Source of the DNA: a bacterium
GTDB taxonomy: Bacteria; Patescibacteriota; Microgenomatia; Levybacterales; UBA12049
Assembly (NCBI GenBank): GCA_021813145.1
Contig: JAKALS010000005.1
Coordinates: 74,022 to 123,620, forward strand
Length of the DNA stretch: 49,599 nt
Direction of reading: 5' to 3'
Shown: positions 7,719 to 17,119 of the stretch, piece after piece
How the letters are laid out: each line of letters opens with the position of its first letter
Position numbering within the stretch: the stretch's first letter is position 1
Made by a program: the position numbers and the translations under genes
The notes under the pieces: generated by a model
What the model saw: only the letters and a program-made list of their open reading frames with translations
The model's database searches: none
What the model was told of the DNA's origin: nothing

Positions 7719-10094
7719 ATGGAAAAGTACGCCAAAATTTATAATTTTTACGAGAACCTTTTTGCAAGAGTTTTAAGATATTTAATAATAATTCTCTTAT
7801 CTGTTTTTGTAAGTTTTTCGTTTATTAACCATACTTTCCCCAAATTAGAACTTTTCCTCCTTTCCGTTTTTATAATGTTTGAAATTTTTCTGGAGCTTAA
7901 GATTGCAAGGATAAATCCGAAAATAAATGTGTTTTCGGCAAAAAAACCCCTGGATTCCTTTACCCTTGCGGCAATGGCTTCCTTTGGAAAAAGCAGTTCC
8001 AAAGCAATCGTAAAAGGACTACTTAAAAAGCAGCAGATTTTATTTATGTTGAAAAAAGCCGACATAAAAGAGAAAGAAATGGAGTTTATAGATATAGATA
8101 AAAAGGAACTTTCCGAGTATTCTCTGGAATTGGCAAAAACGCTTAAAGGTGAATACGTCACCACGATGGATATTTTTGCAGCTTATATAATACTTTCTGA
8201 GGATAAGACAAAGCTTCTTTTCAACAAAAACCTCAAAAAAGACGAGTTCCTGCACATTCTTTATTGGGCAAGGACGGGTTTTGCTTACGAGGAAATAAAA
8301 AAACCCATAAGGGCAAACTTTTCGGGGCAGGGAATAGCGGAAGACTGGGTTTTCGGATGGACTATAGAAACGAAAAAATACATGAACGACATAACTGCGC
8401 AGGCGCTTTCAAAAAAACCGATGTTTTTGGGACGGGGCGAAGAATTGGCGCAAACGCTTGAAGCTTTATATAAGGGAGACGGGGTAATTTTAGTCGGAGA
8501 GCCCGGATGCGGAAAGGAATCGATAGTGGAGACCATTGCATATCAGAGTTTTGACGGAACACTCGCAGGTAATCTTTATCACCAGAGATTTTTTCAGCTT
8601 ATGGTAGATTCTTTTCTGGCAGGAGCGCAAAATCAGGGAGAATTTGAAGAAAGGCTTGATGCGGTAATAGCCGAAATCGCACACGCGGGAGACGTAATAG
8701 TATATGTCCCGGATTTCGAGGCGATTCTGGGCGGTTCCACTTTCGGAATAGATTTATCGGGCGCAATAATTCCGTATGTCCAAAAAGGAGTACTCAGAAT
8801 GATAGGAAGCGTAACCCCGCAGGTATACAAAAAATTTGTGGAGCCCAGAACCACTCTTTTGGACGTTTTTAAGGGAATAAAGTTCGACGAGCCTTCAAAA
8901 GACGTCGCGCTTTTAATGCTCTTTAAAAAGGCGTTTGAAATAGAGCAAAAATATAAACTGGCCCTCACCTACAGAGCCGTTATAGCAGCTTACGATTATT
9001 CTTCGAAGTACAGCAAGGAAAAAGTTCTTCCGGGAAGCGCTGTCGACCTTTTGGACGACACTTCAAATTCGGTAAGGCTTAGCGGAGGAAAAACGGTAGA
9101 AGAACAGGATGTTGTCCTTGAAGTGGAGCGAAAAACGAAAATTCCCGTAGGCGCCCCGAAAAAAGAGGAAAAAGAACTGCTTTTAAATCTTGAGCAAGAG
9201 CTGCACGAAAGAATAATAGGCCAAGACGAGGCTGTTTCTTCGGTTTCGGAGAGCATGAGAAGGCTAAGAACGGGGCTTTCAGAGAGTAAAAAACCCGTTT
9301 CCTTCCTGTTTTTGGGGCCGACGGGGGTCGGTAAAACAGAAACCGCAAAAGCCCTTTCCTTTATTTATTTTAAGTCGGAAGAGGCGATGCTAAGATTCGA
9401 CATGAGCGAATACAAAGGGGAGGAAGGCATAAAAAGGCTTTTGGGTTCGGCTCCCGGAGAAGGCGACGAAAGGGGAGAAATAGAAAAAGTTTACGACAAT
9501 CCTTTTTCGCTTATCCTTTTGGACGAATTCGAAAAAGCGGACCCAAAGATTTTGGATTTATTCCTCCAGGTGCTTGACGACGGCAGGCTTACCGATAACA
9601 AAGGTAAAACTATCTCTTTTTCAAGCGCAATAATTATTGCAACTTCCAATGCGGGATCAGAGTTTATAAGGGAAGAAGTCCAAAAAGGAACGGTGATCGA
9701 TAAAAAATTCAAAACTTCTCTTTTGGATTATTTGCAAAAACAGGGCTTATTCAAACCGGAACTTTTAAACAGGTTTGATGACATAATAACGTTTAAACCT
9801 TTGGATAGAGACGAGGTTTTGGAAATTTCAAAACTCATGCTTTCAAAAGTCGTAAAGACAATGGAGGAAAAAGATATAGACGTCGATTTTGATAATAAGA
9901 TAATGGAAAAAATAGCAAACGAAGGATTCGACAAGGAATTCGGGGCAAGGCCTTTAAGAAGATACATTCAGGATAACATCGAAGATTTAATGGCGCAAAA
10001 AATTTTAAAGGACGAAATAAAAAGAGGAGATAAAATTACTGTTACAACGGACTCTTCAAATAATCTTTTAATCGAATCCCAAAATTCTTCTTAG
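7719..10094 (+). CDS. membrane-anchored Clp/Hsp100 paralogue with degenerate first AAA+ module
   Basis: 791 aa with two N-terminal TM helices (YLIIILLSVFVSFSFI and LELFLLSVFIMFEIFL). D1 Walker A reads GEPGCGKES (8496-8522) and D1 Walker B reads VYVPDFEAI, with Phe where the catalytic Glu should be (8712-8717). D2 is intact (GPTGVGKTETAKAL, LILLDEFEKAD, GARPLRR). No M-domain. Confidence 0.85.
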   Translation: MEKYAKIYNFYENLFARVLRYLIIILLSVFVSFSFINHTFPKLELFLLSVFIMFEIFLELKIARINPKINVFSAKKPLDSFTLAAMASFGKSSSKAIVKGLLKKQQILFMLKKADIKEKEMEFIDIDKKELSEYSLELAKTLKGEYVTTMDIFAAYIILSEDKTKLLFNKNLKKDEFLHILYWARTGFAYEEIKKPIRANFSGQGIAEDWVFGWTIETKKYMNDITAQALSKKPMFLGRGEELAQTLEALYKGDGVILVGEPGCGKESIVETIAYQSFDGTLAGNLYHQRFFQLMVDSFLAGAQNQGEFEERLDAVIAEIAHAGDVIVYVPDFEAILGGSTFGIDLSGAIIPYVQKGVLRMIGSVTPQVYKKFVEPRTTLLDVFKGIKFDEPSKDVALLMLFKKAFEIEQKYKLALTYRAVIAAYDYSSKYSKEKVLPGSAVDLLDDTSNSVRLSGGKTVEEQDVVLEVERKTKIPVGAPKKEEKELLLNLEQELHERIIGQDEAVSSVSESMRRLRTGLSESKKPVSFLFLGPTGVGKTETAKALSFIYFKSEEAMLRFDMSEYKGEEGIKRLLGSAPGEGDERGEIEKVYDNPFSLILLDEFEKADPKILDLFLQVLDDGRLTDNKGKTISFSSAIIIATSNAGSEFIREEVQKGTVIDKKFKTSLLDYLQKQGLFKPELLNRFDDIITFKPLDRDEVLEISKLMLSKVVKTMEEKDIDVDFDNKIMEKIANEGFDKEFGARPLRRYIQDNIEDLMAQKILKDEIKRGDKITVTTDSSNNLLIESQNSS

Positions 10095-10616
10095 TTTCGG
10101 GTCATTTAGTATCCTTTCAAAGGCTTCTTCATGCACTTCGACAGGATTTGACCTGTCGACCTGTCTTTCTCGTGCCGGTTTTCTTGCGGTCTGTGAAAGT
10201 TCCTGATTTACCCGCTCGTTTGCGGTAGCGCTTCTTCGGGTGTTGGTATATTCTCTTTGGGGCTTATGGCCGTCTTCCTGCCTCCAGAGCATCCAGCTTT
10301 CGTGTACGGCTCCAAAAACAGTCTCAAGTTTTTCAAAAAACCTTGTTCCTTCCCGTACGTCCTCGGAGGGTCCTTTTTGCGATGCCCATTTGGCTCGTGC
10401 CGCAAGAGCCACATAATTTTTAGTATCGCTTCTGTCTAAAAGTGAGGTTAATTTTGCCCTTAAGGGAGTTCCCGTTCTGGCGTCAAGGGTAATAACTATT
10501 CCGTAATTTCCGTATGTTCCGTCAAATTCGGTTCTGATTTTTGCTTCCAACCCCTTTGTAAAATCGGGCATTCTGTCGAATAACGGAACTTGGTTGCCGT
10601 TGAGCCTTTCTGACAT
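10068..10616 (-). CDS. hypothetical protein
   Basis: 182-aa ORF with no competing long frame. Its 3' end overlaps the convergent Hsp100 paralogue by 27 nt. No motif recognised, apart from a weak resemblance of GIVITLDARTGTPLRA..ALAARAKWA to GlcG/DUF336-type proteins. Confidence 0.45.
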   Translation of the reverse strand: MSERLNGNQVPLFDRMPDFTKGLEAKIRTEFDGTYGNYGIVITLDARTGTPLRAKLTSLLDRSDTKNYVALAARAKWASQKGPSEDVREGTRFFEKLETVFGAVHESWMLWRQEDGHKPQREYTNTRRSATANERVNQELSQTARKPARERQVDRSNPVEVHEEAFERILNDPKLRRILGFD

Positions 10617-10656
10617 TTAGGGAATTATAACTTTTATAAATTAAAATTTCAAACCG

Positions 10657-10685
10657 TTGAGCTTTGAATTCAAATCTGGTATACT
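10657..10685 (+). promoter_or_regulatory. sigma70-type promoter of nusA (TTGAGC-17-TGgTATACT)
   Basis: -35 TTGAGC at 10657-10662, a 17-nt spacer, and an extended -10 TGgTATACT ending at 10685, 10 nt before the ATG at 10696. The TTG listed as the ORF start is this -35 box. Confidence 0.5.
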
Positions 10686-10695
10686 TAGACGCATT

Positions 10696-11877
10696 ATGCC
10701 GGCAATACAAAGAAGTGAATTTGCGCTAGCGCTAAACCAGGTCTCTATGGAGAGAGGCATCGACCCGAACGTGGTTTTGGAAACGGTACAGAATGCAATT
10801 CTGGCAGCTTATCGAAAAGACCACCCCGGGATAGAAGTAGAAGAATACAGGGCCGAACTTGATCCCAATTCGGGAGAAGCAAAAATTTTCCATGAAGACG
10901 AGGATGTTACGCCTCCGGGATTTGGCAGAATAGCGGCACAAACGGCAAAACAGGTAATTCTCCAAAAAATCAGGGAAAAAGAAAAAGAAGCAATAATTAC
11001 GGATTACAAGCTTAAAATCGGTACCATCGTAAACGGAATGGTTTTAAGATTTGCGGGCCCCAATATTATTGTTGATGTGGGAAAAACAGAAGCAATTATG
11101 CCTCCGTCCGAGCAAATCCCAAATGAAAAATACCATTTAAATCAAAGACTCGTGGTGTACCTTTCGCAAATACAGGAAGGGCCGAAGGGGGAAGAGGTAA
11201 TAGTTTCAAGGACGGATAACGGACTTCTGGAAGGCCTTTTCAGAAGAGAGGTCCCGGAAGTTGCCCAAGGTTCCGTAGAAATAAAACAGATTGTAAGGGA
11301 GCCCGGAAACCGAAGCAAAGTTGCGGTTTATTCAACGCAGTCGGGAATTGACCCCGTCGGAAGTTGCGTCGGTCAGAAAGGAGTAAGGGTTCAGGCAATA
11401 ATTCAGGAATTCAACGGAATTGAAAAAATAGATATCATTCAATGGCAGGAAGATGCAAAAAGCTACATCGCCCAGTCTCTTTCTCCGGCAAAAGACATAA
11501 AAGTTGATATAGACGAAAAAGAGAAAACCGCAAAAGTAACTGTTCCCGAAGAGGAACTTTCCCTGGCCATCGGAAAAGACGGACAAAACGTAAGACTTGC
11601 CTCAAAACTGACTGGATACAGAATAGAAATAGAAGGTAAACCCGCAGAAAAAACGGAAACTCCTGAATCCGAAAAAGCCAAAGACGCAAAAGAGATCAAA
11701 GAAGCGGCCCAAACCGTAAGTGAGGAGGCAAATCCTCCTGCGGCAAAAGAGGAAGCTGAAACAGTAAAATCCGGCGAAGAACCCGGAGAGGCTTCTGCTC
11801 CTTTGGAAGCGGCAGGGACTTTGGATAAAGAGGCGGCAAAATCCGAAGAAGCCGAACAGACAAGTAATAAAAGCTGA
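10696..11877 (+). CDS. nusA: transcription termination/antitermination factor NusA
   Basis: The N-terminal domain MPAIQRSEFALALNQVSMERGIDPNVVLETVQNAILAAYRK, an S1-like segment (GTIVNGMVLRF..IIVDVGKTEAIMP) and KH segments (GIDPVGSCVGQKGVRVQAI and LSLAIGKDGQNVRLASKLTGYRIEI) are all present. It ends in an acidic low-complexity tail. I prefer the ATG at 10696 over the track start at 10657. Confidence 0.93.
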   Translation: MPAIQRSEFALALNQVSMERGIDPNVVLETVQNAILAAYRKDHPGIEVEEYRAELDPNSGEAKIFHEDEDVTPPGFGRIAAQTAKQVILQKIREKEKEAIITDYKLKIGTIVNGMVLRFAGPNIIVDVGKTEAIMPPSEQIPNEKYHLNQRLVVYLSQIQEGPKGEEVIVSRTDNGLLEGLFRREVPEVAQGSVEIKQIVREPGNRSKVAVYSTQSGIDPVGSCVGQKGVRVQAIIQEFNGIEKIDIIQWQEDAKSYIAQSLSPAKDIKVDIDEKEKTAKVTVPEEELSLAIGKDGQNVRLASKLTGYRIEIEGKPAEKTETPESEKAKDAKEIKEAAQTVSEEANPPAAKEEAETVKSGEEPGEASAPLEAAGTLDKEAAKSEEAEQTSNKS

Positions 11878-11914
11878 ATATGAAATGTAGCTTGTCTTTA
11901 AACATTATAACTTT

Positions 11915-13411
11915 ATGGCTAAGAAATCTGAAGAAAAAACTGATGACAAGATTCTAGATTTTCCTCCCGTTGTAGCGGTTTTGGGACACGTTGACCACGG
12001 AAAAACAACTCTTCTCGATACTATCCGAAAAACAAATATAGCTTTGCGTGAGCACGGGGGAATCACCCAAAAAATCGGAGCTTCGGCTGTCGAGGTAGAG
12101 CACGAAGGAAAGAAAAGAAGAATAACTTTTATAGATACTCCCGGTCACGAAGCATTTTCTTTAATGAGGGGAAGAGGCGTACAAGCGGCAGATATAGGGA
12201 TTCTTGTAGTATCCTCCGTTGACGGTGTTATGCCCCAGACAAGAGAAAGCATTCAACTTTTAAAGGCTTCCAAAATTCCCTTTATTGTTGCCCTTACAAA
12301 ATCAGACGACCAGAATAAAAATCCCGAAAAAGCAAAACAACAGCTTTTAAAAGAAGAGGTTCTTCTGGAAAATTACGGAGGAGATATTCCCGTAATCGAG
12401 GTTTCCGCAAAAACGAACACGAATATACACGAACTTTTGGAGCTTATTCTCTTGGTTTTTGACGTAAAAAAAGATTCGGGTTTTTATAATTTTTCCTCCG
12501 CCAATCCTTTTTCCGCAATAGTAATAGAGTCTAAGCTCGATCCTAAATCCGGGCCGAGGGCTTCGATGATTATAAAAAACGGAGTCGTAAACCTTAAAGA
12601 TGAAATAGTTTGTGAAGATGTTTCGGGAAGAGTAAGGACAATAATAAACGATTTGGGCCAAAGGCTCGAAAAAGCAACGGTTGGAGATGCGGTGGAAATC
12701 CTGGGATTTGAAAAAGTTCCCAAAGTCGGAGGAATCGTACAAAAAAGTTCCGAATTAAAAGTTCAAAATTTTGAAACAAAGACAACAGAACCTGAGCAAA
12801 TAAGTCAGGTGCCGGAGGGACAGTTTATAGGTTCAAATGCCGATGAGGACATGTTGACGGTTGTAATTTGCGCTGACACGCAGGGTTCTTTGGAGGCGAT
12901 ACAAAACCAGATGCCCGAAGGGATAAGAATAGTTCTCGCAAAAACGGGAGACGTCGAAAGTTCTGATGTGCTATTTGCAAAATCCGTAGGTGCAATAATT
13001 TTGGGTTTTAATGTAAAAATAAAACCCGAAGTATTAAAACTTGCCTCGACCGAAAAAGTTCTTGTCAAGAATTACACCATAATCTATGAGATGGTAGACG
13101 AAATAAGGGATTTCCTTGAAGGTAAAATAGCTTCCCTGCAGGAAGAGGTATACGGAACCGCAAAGATACTCGCGAGTTTCCCTTTTGAAAAAACAAAGGT
13201 AATGGGGATTTCTGTTACGGATGGAAGGATTGCAAGGGGAGACAGAATAAGGCTTATAAGAGGCGAAGAAACGCTGGGCGAAAGCACGGTTTCTTCAGTG
13301 AGACAGGGAAAAGAAACAGTCTCTAAGGTTGAAAAAGGCCAGGAGGCGGGTATTATAGTATCTCCGTTCCTTGACTTTACTATAGGAGATATGTTAATAT
13401 CCCATCGCTAA
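11915..13411 (+). CDS. infB: translation initiation factor IF-2 (short form, G domain close to the N-terminus)
   Basis: G1 VVAVLGHVDHGKTTLLD, G3 DTPGHEAF, G4 TKSD. It lies directly downstream of nusA. At 498 aa the long N-terminal region of typical bacterial IF-2 is absent. Confidence 0.92.
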   Translation: MAKKSEEKTDDKILDFPPVVAVLGHVDHGKTTLLDTIRKTNIALREHGGITQKIGASAVEVEHEGKKRRITFIDTPGHEAFSLMRGRGVQAADIGILVVSSVDGVMPQTRESIQLLKASKIPFIVALTKSDDQNKNPEKAKQQLLKEEVLLENYGGDIPVIEVSAKTNTNIHELLELILLVFDVKKDSGFYNFSSANPFSAIVIESKLDPKSGPRASMIIKNGVVNLKDEIVCEDVSGRVRTIINDLGQRLEKATVGDAVEILGFEKVPKVGGIVQKSSELKVQNFETKTTEPEQISQVPEGQFIGSNADEDMLTVVICADTQGSLEAIQNQMPEGIRIVLAKTGDVESSDVLFAKSVGAIILGFNVKIKPEVLKLASTEKVLVKNYTIIYEMVDEIRDFLEGKIASLQEEVYGTAKILASFPFEKTKVMGISVTDGRIARGDRIRLIRGEETLGESTVSSVRQGKETVSKVEKGQEAGIIVSPFLDFTIGDMLISHR

Positions 13412-13419
13412 TAATTATT

Positions 13420-14358
13420 ATGGACAATTTAACCTTAAGACAAATAACGGAGGCCATAGAAAAGAATAAAACTATAGGTATTGTTACCGCAAAAAATCCT
13501 TCGGTTGACGATATGGCTGCTGCGCTTTCTTTATACCTTTCCCTGAAAAACGCCGGAAAAGACGTAACGATAGCAACACCCGAAAATCCTCTCGTTGAAG
13601 TATCATCTCTTGTCGGAATAGACAAGGTCCAGACATCCTTAAACAGTGCAGCGGGAGACCTGGTAGTTTCTTTCCCTTATGAAGAAGGCGAAATAGACAA
13701 AGTCTCTTATACGCTTGATAACGGATACTTGAATATTGTTGTAAAGGCAGGAGAAAAAGGTCTCTCTTTTAAAGATGAGGAAGTGCAGTTTACGAGAGGG
13801 GCAAAAGGAGTCCCAACGCTTCTGTTTACGGTGGGTGTCCAGAGACTGTCGGATGTTGCAAAACTTTTCGACGTCGCCGACTTAAAGGACACTATGGTAA
13901 TAAATATAGACAATGAAGCGGACAACCAGGGATTCGGAGATATCGTAATGGTTTATCCCATGCTTTCTTCGCTTTCGGAACAGATAACAAATCTTCTTTT
14001 GGCAGTCAATCTTAAAATAGACCCCGATACCGCACAAAATCTTATGTACGGAATTTCAGACGGTACAAATAATTTCCAGAATCCCAAGACAAGCGCCCTT
14101 GCATTCGAGATGGCCGGAATTCTTATGCGAAACGGTGCAATAAGAGTAAATACCAGCAGGAAAGAGGAAAAAAATGTAGATCCTTTCTTTAAGCCCCAAC
14201 AGCAAAGACAACAGCAGCAGTCTCAACAGCAAAGACAACAAGAGCTGCAGTCGGAGTTAAAAAAACAGGAAAATAGAGCGCAAAACAAAGACGATGACGA
14301 TAGTCCCCCTGACGATTGGCTTGCCCCCAAGATATATAAAGGGTCCACCAACTTTTAA
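13420..14358 (+). CDS. DHH/NrnA-like protein with degenerate catalytic motifs and a poly-Q tail
   Basis: It occupies the operon slot usually held by rbfA/nrnA/truB. The N-terminus IGIVTAKNPSVDDMAAALSLYLSLKNAGKDVTIAT parallels NrnA motif I but lacks the His and first Asp. NIDNEADN replaces the DHH motif. The C-terminus is QQQRQQQQSQQQRQQELQ. Confidence 0.5.
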   Translation: MDNLTLRQITEAIEKNKTIGIVTAKNPSVDDMAAALSLYLSLKNAGKDVTIATPENPLVEVSSLVGIDKVQTSLNSAAGDLVVSFPYEEGEIDKVSYTLDNGYLNIVVKAGEKGLSFKDEEVQFTRGAKGVPTLLFTVGVQRLSDVAKLFDVADLKDTMVINIDNEADNQGFGDIVMVYPMLSSLSEQITNLLLAVNLKIDPDTAQNLMYGISDGTNNFQNPKTSALAFEMAGILMRNGAIRVNTSRKEEKNVDPFFKPQQQRQQQQSQQQRQQELQSELKKQENRAQNKDDDDSPPDDWLAPKIYKGSTNF

Positions 14359-14364
14359 TGACCG

Positions 14365-14393
14365 TTGATAATGTTAAAAGAAACTGGTATAAT
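14365..14393 (+). promoter_or_regulatory. sigma70-type promoter of rpsO-pnp (TTGATA-17-TGgTATAAT)
   Basis: -35 TTGATA at 14365-14370, a 17-nt spacer, and an extended -10 TGgTATAAT at 14385-14393. It lies 34 nt upstream of the rpsO ATG. Confidence 0.6.
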
Positions 14394-14427
14394 AGTCAGG
14401 TTAATTAAAAGCAAGAATTAGAAATTT

Positions 14428-14697
14428 ATGCCGCTTAGTACTTCGGAAAAACAAAATATAATTAAAGAATTTCAAACTGTCAAAGGTGATACGGGAAGTC
14501 CCGAGGTGCAAATTGCGCTTTTAACAACAAGGATTACCCGCTTGACGGAACATCTTAAAGAACATATTCACGACACCCACAGCCGAAGAGGACTGTTGTC
14601 TATGATAGCAAAAAGGAGAAGGCTTTTAAATTTTCTGGGAAAGGTGGATAAAAAAAGAGCCTCGGAAATATCCAAAAAAATTGGATTAAAGGACTAA
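14428..14697 (+). CDS. rpsO: 30S ribosomal protein S15
   Basis: 89 aa with GDTGSPEVQIALLTTRITRLTEHLKEHIHDTHSRRGLLSMIAKRRRLLNFL. It sits immediately upstream of pnp, as is usual. Confidence 0.95.
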   Translation: MPLSTSEKQNIIKEFQTVKGDTGSPEVQIALLTTRITRLTEHLKEHIHDTHSRRGLLSMIAKRRRLLNFLGKVDKKRASEISKKIGLKD

Positions 14698-14698
14698 G

Positions 14699-17008
14699 TT
14701 GATGGAAAAAACCTCAGTAGAATTGGAATTAGCAGGGAAAAAATTAACCCTGGAAACAGGTGAATTGGCCGAACAAGCCACTGCATCTATTTTAGCAAGA
14801 CTCGGAGACACCGTAGTTCTTGTTACCGTGGTTGAGGGAGGGCCAACAGAGCTTGATTATTTCCCTCTTTCGGTAGATTATGTCGAAAGACTTTATGCCG
14901 GAGGAAAAATAAAAGGTTCAAGATGGGTAAAAAGAGAAGGAAGGCCTTCCGATGAAGCAATACTTGCCGGAAGACTTATAGACAGAAGCATAAGACCATT
15001 GTTTCCCAAAGCTTTTAAAAACGAAGTCCAGGTAATAGTAACGGTTCTTTCCGTAGACGGAGAAAACGAACCCGATATATTGGCAATAAATGCGGTTTCC
15101 GCAGCTTTGGCAATTTCAAGAATCCCATGGAACGGTCCTATCGGAGCGGTAAGAATGGGATATGTAAAAGAAAACGGAAACGCAGCGGAATATCTGGTAA
15201 ACCCCGGAGGACCGGAGGCGGAATTTTCTGAACTGGATATAGTCGTTTCCCAGTCGAAAGATAAAACGGTAATGATAGAAGCCGGAGCTTTGCAGGTTAA
15301 AGAAGAAGTACTTGCAGAGTCTATTAAAAGAGCCCATAAAGAAACCCAATCGATAATTTCCCTAATAGAAGACCTCGCTAAAAAAGTTGGACAGAAAAAA
15401 CTTGAAGTCCCCGAAGAACATCTTTTGCACGAAGTGGAAGCGTTAATTAATAAAACCTACAAGGAAGACGTAGACTCGCTCATAAAATCAAGAGTAAATA
15501 AAGAATCCGGCGGAGACGAAATGGACGTTTTGGTTTCCAAGATTTACGAGGAAGAAAAACTTAAAAACCCCGACAGCGTAATAGACAAAAAAGTCATAGT
15601 AAAGGCGATAGAGAAAGTAATGTACAAAATGATTCGCTCAAATGTTTTGGAGAAGAAAAAGAGGGCGGACGGAAGAAAAATGGACGAGATAAGGCCTATT
15701 CAGATGAGAGTCGGAATTTTACCAAGGACACACGGAAGCGCCCTGTTTCAAAGAGGAATAACACAGGCACTTTCCATCGTTACTTTGGGAAGCCCTAGGA
15801 TGGAACAGCTTATAGAATCCGCGGAAGGCGAAGAAACAAAAAGATATATTCATCATTACAGCGGGCTTCCATATTCTTTCGGCCAGACGGGAAGAGTCGG
15901 AACGCCTTCAAGAAGGGAAATAGGGCACGGGGCATTGGCGGAAAGAGCATTGGTTCCGGTAATTCCAAGTCAGGATGTTTTTCCTTATACGATAAGAGTT
16001 GTATCGGAAGTACTTTCCCAGAACGGTTCGAGTTCTATGGCCTCGACGTGCGGTTCGACTCTTGCCTTAATGGATGCGGGAGTTCCTATTAAAAAACCTG
16101 TTGCCGGGATTTCCATAGGAATGATGTCCGACGATGAGAAATATGAACTTTTAACGGACATAATAGGCCTTGAAGATTTTTCCGGGGACATGGACTTTAA
16201 GGTTGCGGGAACCGACGAGGGCATAACGGCAATCCAGCTCGACGTTAAAATTCCGGGACTTGAGGATGAACAGATAGAAAAAATTCTTGAAAGGGCAAAA
16301 GAAGCAAGGCTTCAAATTCTCGAGAAAATGCACCAGGTATTGCCCGAACCCCGAAAAAATCTTTCGCAGTATGCTCCGAAGATTGAAGTTATAAAAATCC
16401 CGGTTGAAAAGATCGGAGAACTTATAGGACCGGGCGGAAAAACCATTAAAAATATAATAGCAACAACGGGCGCGACGGTAGACGTAGAAGACGACGGAAC
16501 AGTTTCGGTTTCGGGAACAACCGACGAGTCTTTGCAGGCGGCAATGGACTGGGTTAAAGGTCTTACAAGAGAAGTAACGATTGGTGAAAGTTTTGAAGGC
16601 GAAGTAAAAAGAATTCTTCCTTTCGGTGCATTTGTAGAATTTTTGCCCGGGAAAGAAGGAATGGTCCATGTATCGAAGATGTCCACGGAATTTGTAAACA
16701 ATCCCAACGATGTAGTTTCCATTGGGCAAAAAGTAAAAGTAAGGGTTGTCGAAATAGACGACCAGGGCAGAATTAATCTTTCGATGCTTCCGGAAGGAGC
16801 ACAGTCCGAAGGCCGAAACAGGGGAGGTTCGAATGAGGGTGGAGAAAGAAGAAGCGGAGGTTTTCATGACCGAAGAGACACACGGGTAAGATCCGAGCAT
16901 CCGCTTTCCCAGCAGTTAAGAAGAGAAAGAGGTACAGTGGACTGGAGAAACAAAGGACAAAGACCATCCTACGGAAACAGAGACAGAGACAGGAAACCAC
17001 GATATTAA
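14699..17008 (+). CDS. pnp: polyribonucleotide nucleotidyltransferase (PNPase) with RG-rich C-terminal extension
   Basis: Two RNase PH-like halves (RPLFPK.., RADGRKMDEIRPI.., FQRGITQAL), a KH segment (IGELIGPGGKTIKNI) and an S1 segment (GESFEGEVKRILPFGAFVEF.PGKEGMVHVS). The track start at 14699 is TTG, and ATG at 14702 is equally possible. The tail is NRGGSNEGGERRSGGFHDRRD... Confidence 0.95.
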   Translation: MMEKTSVELELAGKKLTLETGELAEQATASILARLGDTVVLVTVVEGGPTELDYFPLSVDYVERLYAGGKIKGSRWVKREGRPSDEAILAGRLIDRSIRPLFPKAFKNEVQVIVTVLSVDGENEPDILAINAVSAALAISRIPWNGPIGAVRMGYVKENGNAAEYLVNPGGPEAEFSELDIVVSQSKDKTVMIEAGALQVKEEVLAESIKRAHKETQSIISLIEDLAKKVGQKKLEVPEEHLLHEVEALINKTYKEDVDSLIKSRVNKESGGDEMDVLVSKIYEEEKLKNPDSVIDKKVIVKAIEKVMYKMIRSNVLEKKKRADGRKMDEIRPIQMRVGILPRTHGSALFQRGITQALSIVTLGSPRMEQLIESAEGEETKRYIHHYSGLPYSFGQTGRVGTPSRREIGHGALAERALVPVIPSQDVFPYTIRVVSEVLSQNGSSSMASTCGSTLALMDAGVPIKKPVAGISIGMMSDDEKYELLTDIIGLEDFSGDMDFKVAGTDEGITAIQLDVKIPGLEDEQIEKILERAKEARLQILEKMHQVLPEPRKNLSQYAPKIEVIKIPVEKIGELIGPGGKTIKNIIATTGATVDVEDDGTVSVSGTTDESLQAAMDWVKGLTREVTIGESFEGEVKRILPFGAFVEFLPGKEGMVHVSKMSTEFVNNPNDVVSIGQKVKVRVVEIDDQGRINLSMLPEGAQSEGRNRGGSNEGGERRSGGFHDRRDTRVRSEHPLSQQLRRERGTVDWRNKGQRPSYGNRDRDRKPRY

Positions 17009-17119
17009 ATTTGAAATTTTCCACTTTCCATTCTTCATTTAATTCAAAAATTTAGAAATTGAAAATTGAACGGTGGATGATAAATGATAAATGGAAAATC
17101 TTTATGGTATTATTAAGAT

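Noticed and set aside
10657-10695. TTG start at 10657 for nusA, as given in the ORF track
   Set aside because: This TTG is the first half of a -35 box (TTGAGC) that sits 17 nt upstream of TGgTATACT. The conserved NusA N-terminus begins at the ATG at 10696.
16826-16834. GGTTCGAAT, a tRNA T-arm-like word
   Set aside because: It lies inside the pnp coding frame, in the RG-rich tail, and has no flanking cloverleaf. I could recognise no tRNA or rRNA gene anywhere in the window.
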